NCBI GenBank assembly: GCA_040752795.1
Contig: JBFMGH010000073.1
Span: 2,605-50,773, forward strand
Direction of reading: 5' to 3'
DNA from: Cyanobacteriota bacterium
GTDB lineage: Bacteria; Cyanobacteriota; Vampirovibrionia; JBFMGH01
Length of the DNA stretch: 48,169 nucleotides
The position numbers were made by a program, and so were the translations under genes. Numbering within the stretch: the stretch's first letter is position 1; each line of letters starts with the position of its first letter. Under the pieces are notes generated by a model, which searched no databases, was not told where the DNA came from, and saw only the letters and a list, made by a program, of their open reading frames with translations. Shown one piece after another: positions 30,171 to 38,872 of this stretch.

Positions 30171-31364
30171 ATGGAGTTTTCACAACTAAAAGAACTTGAT
30201 GATAAATATATATTGAATAGTTATAAACGTTATCCTTTGCAGGTTGTGTCTGGCAAAGGTGTTTATGTGTTTGATGAAAATGGCAACAAATACCTGGATT
30301 TTCTGGGAGGTATAGCTGTTAATGCTTTGGGTTATTCACATCCAAAAGTTATTAAAGCTATTAAAGATCAATTAGAAAAACTTATACATATCTCAAACCT
30401 TTTTTATACTGAAACACCAGTGATATTAGCCCATAAACTTTGTGAAATATCTTCAATGGATAAAGTGTTTTTCTGTAATTCAGGGGCTGAAGCTAATGAA
30501 TTAGCTATAAAACTTGCAAGGTTGAATTCAAATAGTTATTCAAAAGACAAAACATCACTTGTTTGTCTCAATAACTCTTTTCATGGCAGAACAATTGGTT
30601 CTTTAACGGTAACTAAAAATAGTTCTTATGCTGAAAAATTTTTACCATTAACAGGAGAAGCAGTTTTTATTAATATAAATAATGTTGAAGAACTTGTTAA
30701 TACTGTTAATGATAAGACGGCCTGTATTATTATTGAGCCTATACAAGGAGAAGGAGGTATTAATCTTGCCAGCAAAGATTTTTTACAGCAGGCAAGGTGT
30801 CTGGCTGATAAATATAATGCGTTACTTATATTCGATGAGGTTCAGGCTGGTCTGGGAAGAACAGGAGATTATTTTTCTTATCAATTTAGTGCTGTAGAGC
30901 CAGATATTATTACAATTGCTAAACCGCTGGGGGCTGGCTTGCCAATAGGGGCTGTTTTGATGAAAGAAAAAATTGCAAAGATGATTTCTTATGGTGATCA
31001 TGGTTCAACCTTTGGTGCTAATTGTGTTACTACGGCTTCAGCACTTGCTTTCTTGGAAGTAATAGAACAGGATAATTTGCTTGAAAACGTTAAGTCAGTG
31101 GGAAACTATTTATTTAATCAACTTGAAAATCTAAGGTCCAGTTATAGTTTTATAAAAGAAGTTAGAGGTCGTGGGTTAATATTAGGTATTGAGCTTGAAA
31201 TACCTGTTGGTGATATTCATTTAAGCTTAATGAAACGTGGATTAATTACAAATTCAACGTCTGAAAGGGTTATACGTTTATTACCGCCATATGTAATTAC
31301 AAAAAATAATGTTGATGAAGCAATAAGTATTATTGATGGAGTTTTTTCAGAAGTAAAATCTTGA
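30171..31364 (+). CDS. argD: Acetylornithine aminotransferase
   Basis: YLDFLGGIAVNALG, FCNSGAEANE, FHGRT, EPIQGEGG, DEVQAGLGRTG, PLP lysine TIAKPLG, HGSTFG. Confidence 0.92.
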   Translation: MEFSQLKELDDKYILNSYKRYPLQVVSGKGVYVFDENGNKYLDFLGGIAVNALGYSHPKVIKAIKDQLEKLIHISNLFYTETPVILAHKLCEISSMDKVFFCNSGAEANELAIKLARLNSNSYSKDKTSLVCLNNSFHGRTIGSLTVTKNSSYAEKFLPLTGEAVFININNVEELVNTVNDKTACIIIEPIQGEGGINLASKDFLQQARCLADKYNALLIFDEVQAGLGRTGDYFSYQFSAVEPDIITIAKPLGAGLPIGAVLMKEKIAKMISYGDHGSTFGANCVTTASALAFLEVIEQDNLLENVKSVGNYLFNQLENLRSSYSFIKEVRGRGLILGIELEIPVGDIHLSLMKRGLITNSTSERVIRLLPPYVITKNNVDEAISIIDGVFSEVKS

Positions 31365-31372
31365 GGTGTTTT

Positions 31373-31720
31373 ATGGCAAATCCAATAGTAGATTGTATTA
31401 TTGATAATCTTTATAACTGGATAACAAATTATCGAGGCAGAGAGGTTATTAAGGATACAACAAGAATTAATTGCAAATACGATGCTTTTATAGATAGTAA
31501 CCCTACGAATCCCCTCTCTTTTACCGTATTTGAGATGACTAATAAGGGTGAATTAATAATAGATGATCCGGGCAGGCTTGTGGATTCACAGGCAGCCTTT
31601 TTTTTGTTTGTTAATGTTGATACACGCTGGGTAGTTGCTGTTAAAAATACGACAAAAAACCAGTCGAAACTGGTGAGAAAAGAACCTATTGAAAACTTTA
31701 GGGTGAAAATTATCCAATAA
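31373..31720 (+). CDS. Hypothetical protein (about 115 aa; ATG 31373 after GAGGTG SD)
   Basis: ORF directly after argD with a clear SD; no recognised domain. Confidence 0.65.
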   Translation: MANPIVDCIIDNLYNWITNYRGREVIKDTTRINCKYDAFIDSNPTNPLSFTVFEMTNKGELIIDDPGRLVDSQAAFFLFVNVDTRWVVAVKNTTKNQSKLVRKEPIENFRVKIIQ

Positions 31721-31740
31721 AAAAAGCGCCGGAAAGACGC
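31719..31740 (-). terminator. Minus-strand intrinsic terminator with no annotated gene immediately upstream
   Basis: GCGTC-tttcc-GGCGC-TTTTTTT on the minus strand (G-U pair there, C-A mismatch on plus). Confidence 0.6.
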
Positions 31741-31870
31741 ATTGAGGATCAACGGGTAAGTAAGGGTAACTTAGATTCCAAACAAAATGAATAAGGGATA
31801 GGTTAAGAGGATCTGTTATTGGGCGATAAACCACTACTCAATACAAGCCCATATAAGGATTACTACCAAC
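31719..31870. ncRNA. Candidate small RNA with repeated AGGAT/ATCCT mini-hairpins (strand unresolved)
   Basis: Relatively GC-rich intergenic island with about 6 related GG(A/G)T motifs and a terminator; no credible ORF. Confidence 0.4.
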
Positions 31871-32342
31871 CAATATCTATTTATATTTTTTTAAATTATG
31901 TTTGAAGACGAATACCTCCGGGTTATATACATACCACGAGATTTACTGGGTTTCTGGAAGCTCTTTTAGGTTTTGTTAAATCTTTTTATTGCCTGTCTCT
32001 ATGTTAATAAAAAATGGTGAAACTGAGAAATTGCCAAATGAAATATTAAAAAAGCTTCTAAGCCCCCTTGTGGCAAGGTATTAACAAAACTTATATATAT
32101 AAAAAAACAAGCATTATATTCAGAAGATAAAAACTCTTTTTAACAGTCATTATCTATGAATATTATAGCTATAAGCCTTGATTTATAGTGTTAATGCTTA
32201 TTGATAAGTCTTATAGTGCTTAAATAAAGCCCTTTTGCCCTGAAGTTGGCAGTAGATTTTTCTTATTATTTCTTAATAGTTTTAATGGCTTGTAAGTGAT
32301 TAAAGAATTTAAATAACAGATTTAAAATAATATTTAAAATAC

Positions 32343-32381
32343 AAATAAGCCAGAACAAGAGGAAATTTGCTCCTGTTCTGG
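32343..32381 (-). terminator. Terminator after the MerR/HspR-like gene
   Basis: CCAGAACAGGAG-N8-CTCTTGTTCTGG hairpin followed by CTTATTT. Confidence 0.65.
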
Positions 32382-32404
32382 TCTGAAAAATTCAATTCGG
32401 GTTG

Positions 32405-32836
32405 CTACTTTGCTGCGTTTTTAGCTTTGCGACCACGTTTAGAAAGTTTGATTCTGTTTTCTTCCTGCATTTCTGGTGAAATATCTAAACTTTTAGCTAC
32501 TTCACTTATGTGATCCATGTATTTTTGAGCAGGAATACTTTGTTGAGCCAACAGATGAAAAATAATTTTGATTCCAGCCAGATTTATTCCCAGTTCTCTT
32601 GTAAGATATTGAATAAATTTGCCTCTTTCAATATCGTTTAAGGAGTAAAGCCTTCTGTTTTTCGCTGATCTGGATGGTACTAAAAGTTTTTCATCGTCGT
32701 AAATTCTTAAAGTACGCTGGTGAACTTTAAGAATATCAGCCACTACGCTAATTGGAAACATGGGTTTTTCTGGGTCTAAACCCGCTTTGTCAAAGTTGCT
32801 ATTTAATATCTGAGATGACATAAGACCCCTTTTCAA
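32405..32836 (-). CDS. MerR-family transcriptional regulator, HspR-like (start probably ATG at 32821)
   Basis: PMFPISVVADILKVHQRTLRIYD...PSRS..NRRLYS..DIER...LTRELGINLAGIKII. Confidence 0.85.
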   Translation of the reverse strand: MKRGLMSSQILNSNFDKAGLDPEKPMFPISVVADILKVHQRTLRIYDDEKLLVPSRSAKNRRLYSLNDIERGKFIQYLTRELGINLAGIKIIFHLLAQQSIPAQKYMDHISEVAKSLDISPEMQEENRIKLSKRGRKAKNAAK

Positions 32837-33406
32837 TATGTTGCTATCTACCTACCAAAAAAACTTTTTTGTATTAGTAAATTATATGACACTAATTTTA
32901 CAAAATACAAATTTTATAGAGCGTAATTTTAACAAATAAAAATAAAACTTTAAAAAATAAATACCAGATTATTTAGCTAAGTCAGTTTAAATAGTATCGT
33001 TATTAAAAGCAGTAAAATTGAAATTTATACAAATTAATATATAGGTTTCAAAATAAACAGTTATCTACTTTTTCTATAATTATCGTATTAATTTTTTTAG
33101 TTGTAAACTGTTCGATGGAACTAAATAAGGGTATATTTAGTCTAATAAACTCTTTTACCTCCTTTTGTACTAAATAGCATTTAAAATATTTAGTATTTTG
33201 GACTAGGTAAATAGAATGATATAAATTATATTTATAGCCATAATTCATTAAAGATTAGTAAATATTATAAATGTAATAAATGAAACACTTAAATATTAAT
33301 ATATTAAAACTAGCTTTAACTGGTAATGATTACTAAAAATCCGCATTAAGATTAATTTGATTATTGTTTTAACATATAATGTGTAATTTCTCTGATAAAT
33401 ATTTTT

Positions 33407-34255
33407 TTATTCTTTTATTGCACCCATCATGATGCCTTTAACAAAATATTTTTGCCCAAGTATAAATACTACTATTACGGGTATTACCGAAACAACACTT
33501 GCAGCCATTAATTGAGCCCATTCAGTAGTTTCCCTAAAGCTGCCTTTAAAAGAAGCAAGACCTACGGGAAGAGTTTTCATTACTTCTGAATTAGTAACTA
33601 TTAGTGGCCACATGAAGCTATTCCAGGAGGTTATAAAACTAAAAATACCTAATGTGACTATTGCAGGTAGAGCTAGTGGTAAGGCAATATGCCAGAATGT
33701 CTCCAGTGGGTTGCATCCGTCGATTTTAGCAGCATCTTCTAGTTCAGCTGGAAAGCTTAAAAACCATTGTCGTAGTAAAAAGATACCGAATCCTCCAAAT
33801 ATACCTGGAATTATTAATGCCCAATAAGTATCTATCCAATGTAATTCTCGCATCAAAAAGAATAATGGAACTATGTTTACCTGAGGTGGTATCATCATGG
33901 TTGCTAAAAATATTAAGAAAATGAATTCTTTATATTTAAAATTTAGTCTTGCAAATGCATATGCAGCCATTGAACAGGTTATTATTTGTCCTATTACGGT
34001 TGCTATTGAAACTAATAAGCTATTTAAGAAGTATCTGAACAGTGGTATTTTTTCGCTTACTTCAGTATAATTTTCCCATAAAAAAGTTTTTGGGATTATT
34101 TGAGGTGGGTAGCTGAAAATCTGGGAGTTTGTCATGAATGAAGTTAAAACCATCCAGATAAAGGGTAATATCATTGATAATGCTCCAATGATTAGTATTG
34201 TATAAGCTATAAATTTTCTTATTCGAACATTACCCATTTTTTTCTTAATTTCCAT
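33407..34255 (-). CDS. Carbohydrate ABC transporter permease (MalG/UgpE-like)
   Basis: EAA loop ELEDAAKIDG; WNSFMWPL; AAYAFARL. Confidence 0.92.
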   Translation of the reverse strand: MEIKKKMGNVRIRKFIAYTILIIGALSMILPFIWMVLTSFMTNSQIFSYPPQIIPKTFLWENYTEVSEKIPLFRYFLNSLLVSIATVIGQIITCSMAAYAFARLNFKYKEFIFLIFLATMMIPPQVNIVPLFFLMRELHWIDTYWALIIPGIFGGFGIFLLRQWFLSFPAELEDAAKIDGCNPLETFWHIALPLALPAIVTLGIFSFITSWNSFMWPLIVTNSEVMKTLPVGLASFKGSFRETTEWAQLMAASVVSVIPVIVVFILGQKYFVKGIMMGAIKE

Positions 34256-35121
34256 TGAATTAATGTGAGTATAAGTATTATTACAAAAAGCACATAAGCT
34301 ATGCTAGATGCATAACCCAGTTTAAAGAATTCAAATGCATTTTTAAATAGCCAGTAAACTATTACCATGGTTGAGTTTTCTGGTCCGCCTTCTGTCATTA
34401 AATATATTAAATCAAATACCTGAAATGCTGATATAGTACTCATTATGCATACAAAGAAAATAGTTGGAGTTAGCATTGGTATTGTTATATGCCATAGTTT
34501 TTTTATGGTATTTGCCCCATCTATTTTTGCAGCTTCATAAAGTGATTCAGGGATACCCTGTAAGCCTGCAAGAAAAATAACCATATTATAGCCTATATTT
34601 TTCCAGACACTTACTATTATAATTGCTATCAAAGACCATTTATCATCAAATAACCATAAAGGAGGGCTATTTATACCAATTTGGGTTAGCATAAAATTTA
34701 AAATTCCGTTATTGGGGTCAAAAATCCAGCTCCAAACTATTGCAGCTACAATCATTGGAGTTATAACAGGTAAAAAATAAGCTGTTCTAAATGCTGTTAA
34801 GCATTTAATCTTTTCATTAAGGGCTACAGCAAGTATTAATGGTATTGCTATGCTAAATATTACTACGGAAATAGCGTAAATAAAGGTTGTTATAAGAACG
34901 TCATAAAAGAGTTGATCTGAAAGTAGTTTTATATAATTATCTAAACCTACAAATTTAGGTGAACTAATGAGATTCCATCTTGTTAAGCTTATTGTAAAAG
35001 AACCTATTACTGGAATAATTATGAAGAAAAAAGTTCCTACAAGAGCTGGTAAAATCATAATTGCAGCCCAGAAGCTTTCTTTAAGAAAGAGTTTATTTCT
35101 TATATTATTCAAGTAATTCAT
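34219..35121 (-). CDS. Carbohydrate ABC transporter permease (MalF/UgpA-like)
   Basis: FVGLDNY, WKNIGYNMVIFLAGLQGIPESLYEAAKIDGA, MTEGGP. Confidence 0.92.
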   Translation of the reverse strand: MNYLNNIRNKLFLKESFWAAIMILPALVGTFFFIIIPVIGSFTISLTRWNLISSPKFVGLDNYIKLLSDQLFYDVLITTFIYAISVVIFSIAIPLILAVALNEKIKCLTAFRTAYFLPVITPMIVAAIVWSWIFDPNNGILNFMLTQIGINSPPLWLFDDKWSLIAIIIVSVWKNIGYNMVIFLAGLQGIPESLYEAAKIDGANTIKKLWHITIPMLTPTIFFVCIMSTISAFQVFDLIYLMTEGGPENSTMVIVYWLFKNAFEFFKLGYASSIAYVLFVIILILTLIQWKLRKKWVMFE

Positions 35122-36373
35122 TTACACTGCTTTTTATTGATTGTAATGCTGGACAGGATTTTTGTTTACCGTTCCATACTGGTTCCATGGCAATATTAAT
35201 TAAGTCTATAACTTCATTCCAGCGCTCAGTTTTAGGTGTAGGTTTACCGTTATCAATAATTGTCAGAAAAATTTCAGCATGTTCTGGTGGTAAATCTTTG
35301 TTAATGAAATTTTCACTAAATGCAACATCTTTTCTTGATGGTACTATTAACCCTGTTTTAGAAAATTCTGCAATAGATTTATTACTTGCCAGATATTCAA
35401 TTAGCATCCATGATTCTTTGGGATGTTTTGTTTTTGAATACATTGACCATCCTGAACCATCTATACCTACGATAGAACCTGCTTTGCCTGATGGAAAGCT
35501 TGCTATATCCCATTCAAAGTCCAGGTCTGTTCTAAATCGTGGAACGCTCCACCTTCCGGAAATAAACATAGCTAACTTTTGTTGCATAAACATTTGAGCC
35601 ATAGTACTATTTCCTGCTTCAGCAGCTGTAGGAGCTACTTTATATTTATTTCGCAAATCTGTATAAAATTGTAATGCCGTGCAAGAATTTTTTTCAGTCA
35701 GGGCAAAATGCTGGTTCTTTTTATCAAATAGATTTCCTCCCTGGCTCCAGACAAAAGGTAAGAAAAATATAGCATTTGTTTCAAAAGAAATACCAAAAAT
35801 ATCAATTTTTTTATCATTATTAATGTCTATAGTTAACTGTTGTGCTTTTTCAAGAAATTCTTCAAAATTCCAGTTCTCTTGTGGATATTCAACATTGTAT
35901 TTGTTAAAGAGATCTTTATTGTAGTATATGACGATATTTGAAATATCCCTGGGGATAGCCATAAGATTTTTATTATAGCTCATTGTTTTTAGTGATTGCG
36001 GAAAGAAATCTTTATGTGAAATTTTTGAGCTATTAGACAAACTATAATTTAAATCAGATAAAATGTTACCTGATGCATAGACAGGCATATTAAGGTTATT
36101 TATGAACATCACATCTGGGGCTAAGTTTGCGGCCACTAACATGTGCAGCTTCTGGAAATAATTTTGTGGAATATGTATAATATCTACTTTAATATTCGGG
36201 TTATTTTTTTCAAACTCTTTAATGATTGGTTTTAATATATTTATTTCTGTTTCAGAGCCCCATGTTGAATATTTAATAGTGATTGTATTATTATTTTTTT
36301 TACATCCAGCTGTTATTAAACAAAGACTTAATGTTAAAGCAATTATATATCTAGTTATTGTCTTGAGCTTCAT
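35105..36373 (-). CDS. Sugar ABC transporter substrate-binding lipoprotein (start probably ATG at 36373)
   Basis: Signal peptide with lipobox ITAGC; FEKNNPNIKV, APDV, IYYNKDLF motifs of SBP family 1. Confidence 0.9.
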   Translation of the reverse strand: MKLKTITRYIIALTLSLCLITAGCKKNNNTITIKYSTWGSETEINILKPIIKEFEKNNPNIKVDIIHIPQNYFQKLHMLVAANLAPDVMFINNLNMPVYASGNILSDLNYSLSNSSKISHKDFFPQSLKTMSYNKNLMAIPRDISNIVIYYNKDLFNKYNVEYPQENWNFEEFLEKAQQLTIDINNDKKIDIFGISFETNAIFFLPFVWSQGGNLFDKKNQHFALTEKNSCTALQFYTDLRNKYKVAPTAAEAGNSTMAQMFMQQKLAMFISGRWSVPRFRTDLDFEWDIASFPSGKAGSIVGIDGSGWSMYSKTKHPKESWMLIEYLASNKSIAEFSKTGLIVPSRKDVAFSENFINKDLPPEHAEIFLTIIDNGKPTPKTERWNEVIDLINIAMEPVWNGKQKSCPALQSIKSSVNELLE

Positions 36374-37079
36374 CCCACAAACCATATTTATCTAATATAT
36401 CACGCAATGAAATATTTTTTAATGCCATGTTTATACGATCTTTTAGTGTAGTATTAGAATCTTTTAATGCTATTGAATAACTACCCGATCTATAAGCGAC
36501 CTCTGAAACTTTTAACTTTTTATCAATGTAAGTTTTTGCATACCATAATGCTACAGGAGAATCAATAAAAACAGATACAATATCTTTAAACTGAAGTGCA
36601 GAAAATAGATCAAGTACATCTTCAAAGGCTACGATCTTTATTGGTGTGGTTAAATTATTATTTTCTTGTTGAATTATAAATTCACCAAGCGATTTTTTTA
36701 ATACTCCTACTTCATACCCTTTTAAATCAACTAAATCATAAATAGTTGAATCTTCTTGAGATACTATCTTTTGAGTTAAGTTATAATAAGGTGCTGAGAA
36801 AATTATGCCGCTCATTTCATTACGATCTTTTAATGCACCAATACTTATATGGCATGAGTCATTAATAAGACCTATAATAAGTCTGTATGCATTAAGGGGA
36901 ATAAATTCTGCCTCAACATTCAGTTCTTTGGCTATTGCCCGAGCGATATCTGATTCAAAGCCTAAAACAAGTTTTGTCTGGTCATCTTTCCATGCCCATG
37001 GTGCACCTTTGATGCCTTCTTGAACTGCTATCCCTACTTTTAGAATTCCTGTTTCTTTTATTTCTTCTAGTCCTTGCAT
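36351..37079 (-). CDS. Amino-acid-binding (PBPb, SBP family 3)-like protein with no evident signal peptide
   Basis: LEEIKETGILKVG, GFESDIARAIAKELNV, FSAPYY, DLKGYEVGV, ILDKYG. Confidence 0.8.
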   Translation of the reverse strand: MQGLEEIKETGILKVGIAVQEGIKGAPWAWKDDQTKLVLGFESDIARAIAKELNVEAEFIPLNAYRLIIGLINDSCHISIGALKDRNEMSGIIFSAPYYNLTQKIVSQEDSTIYDLVDLKGYEVGVLKKSLGEFIIQQENNNLTTPIKIVAFEDVLDLFSALQFKDIVSVFIDSPVALWYAKTYIDKKLKVSEVAYRSGSYSIALKDSNTTLKDRINMALKNISLRDILDKYGLWDEAQDNN

Positions 37080-37263
37080 ATGTTTATTCTTATTTCTATA
37101 ATTAAATCAGACAATTTAATTTTATAACGTTTATACTGTTTTAACATTATTGTAAATACGCTTTTAAGTATTTAACCATGTTATCTTTTTAATGTATTCT
37201 ATTTGTATAAGAATTTTAATTTTCCAGTAAATTGTTTTCTTTTTAAATTGTAAAAACCTAACG

Positions 37264-37785
37264 TTGTATTTTATGAAAGAAGCTTATTACAAACAAATAT
37301 TAGATATATATTCTGAAAAACCAAGCTTGAAAACTTTAAGATCAGGCGAAAGGTTTCCTGAAGCCTGGCCGATGTTAATAAAATCTATTAAATTGTGCGA
37401 AAATAATTTTTTTATTTTTGATATAAGCGATTTACACCAATCGGTTACCTGTGAAATTAGTAACTCTAAAATGTCTGAAAAGATATCTGCTTTGCAAGTA
37501 GGGCAGGTAATATTTTTATATGATTCAATTGTTGAATTTGATTCAGCGGAAAATAATATAAAAGTTAATGTAAATCTAATTTATACATTAAAAGAGGTAA
37601 ATGATGGTCTTCCTAAAAGAGACCAGCAGAATAATAAGGCGAAGAAAAGAGTTATAAAAGTTAATTTAAGCAAATATAAATCTAATGATAAGCCTTTAAA
37701 AACTAAATTATCAAAAGAAGAGCATGGTTCTTGCTGGCGAACACTGTCTGAAAGATGGCAAAAGCAGGGAAAGATTTCTGAATAA
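37264..37785 (+). CDS. Hypothetical protein, possibly OB-fold-like, with basic C-terminus
   Basis: ORF abutting the PilC-like gene; beta-rich segment FIFDISDLHQSVTCEI. Confidence 0.55.
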   Translation: MYFMKEAYYKQILDIYSEKPSLKTLRSGERFPEAWPMLIKSIKLCENNFFIFDISDLHQSVTCEISNSKMSEKISALQVGQVIFLYDSIVEFDSAENNIKVNVNLIYTLKEVNDGLPKRDQQNNKAKKRVIKVNLSKYKSNDKPLKTKLSKEEHGSCWRTLSERWQKQGKISE

Positions 37786-38817
37786 ATGAGTTTAAAAAAA
37801 CAGTATCTATTTATTAATAAGCTGGAATCTCTTTATAGGACTAATAGGTCTCTGGCTTTAACAATAGAAAAACTTTCTCAACATGAGCCAAATGCTTTTC
37901 TTCGAGGAGCTTTTAAAAAAATCTCTGAAGATATAAAGGCTGGATCTACTCTGGCAGCTGCTTTAGAAAGAAGCAATGTTGTAGATGAAGTATATTGTAG
38001 ATTAATACAAATTGGAGAAAAATCTGGCAGGCTGGATAGTGTTTTAAAACAGATACAGGAGCTTATAGATAATTTAATACAGGTTAGAAGAAAAGTATTA
38101 TCAGCAGCTATATACCCTATGGCAGTAATAGGTGTTTATTTTGTAATTGGAAATATTTTTTTTCTAGTAATTATTCCAATGTTATTAAATTTTTTCACTA
38201 AATTTGGTAATGATCCACCCTTTTTCTTGAAAGCTATTACTGCCATTGCTAATCCATTTAATTGTTGTTGCTGTGGGCCTGTGTTAATACTTATTGCGGC
38301 TGCCGGTGTTTATATGTTTGTTACACTGGATGCTATTGCGTATATTAGAGGCATGATATTTGTTTTTGTTCCTGGTTTTGGTCAACTGGACAAGCTTAAA
38401 AATATGTTTGCTTACATTTATACTATGAAAATTTGTTATGAGTCTGGAATGTCTATATATGAGTCAGCCGATTTATCTACTTACAATGTTGGAAATGAAT
38501 ATCTGGCACAAATATTTGATGAAGTTCCTGTACATATCAAAAATGGTGACACAATTACTGATGCTATAAATAAAACAAAACTTTTTAATTTTGAAATGAT
38601 TGATATTATTAGAACAGGTGAAGATTCTGGTACACTTGATGAATCATATGTAGAAGTGATAAGACTTATAAATGATAAAATTAATACTATAGTTACTATA
38701 ATGATTGGTTTAGTAAAACCGCTGGGTCTGATAATAGGGCTTTTATTTTTAATAGCTTTCTTTGTCGGCTTAGGCGTTCTAATCATTTCTGTATTGAGTT
38801 CTGCTTTACCCGGTTAA
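37786..38817 (+). CDS. Type II secretion system F / PilC-family platform protein
   Basis: Duplicated T2SSF domains (G.TLAAAL, IGEKSGRLD, SAAIYP; GDTITDAI, TGEDSGTLD) with TM helices. Confidence 0.85.
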   Translation: MSLKKQYLFINKLESLYRTNRSLALTIEKLSQHEPNAFLRGAFKKISEDIKAGSTLAAALERSNVVDEVYCRLIQIGEKSGRLDSVLKQIQELIDNLIQVRRKVLSAAIYPMAVIGVYFVIGNIFFLVIIPMLLNFFTKFGNDPPFFLKAITAIANPFNCCCCGPVLILIAAAGVYMFVTLDAIAYIRGMIFVFVPGFGQLDKLKNMFAYIYTMKICYESGMSIYESADLSTYNVGNEYLAQIFDEVPVHIKNGDTITDAINKTKLFNFEMIDIIRTGEDSGTLDESYVEVIRLINDKINTIVTIMIGLVKPLGLIIGLLFLIAFFVGLGVLIISVLSSALPG

Positions 38818-38872
38818 GTTTCTTTGATAATCTAATTAATGAAAATGTATAACAATAAAAGTTTAAAATGCT

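Noticed and set aside
31429-31834. Minus-strand ORFs 31429-31752 and 31586-31834
   Set aside because: They overlap the SD-supported plus-strand gene and run through a minus-strand terminator
31970-32340. CRISPR leader or array in the AT-rich spacer
   Set aside because: No regularly spaced direct repeats and no cas genes in the window
33048-33248. 66-aa ORF in an AT-rich spacer
   Set aside because: No SD, low-complexity composition, no motif; probably chance
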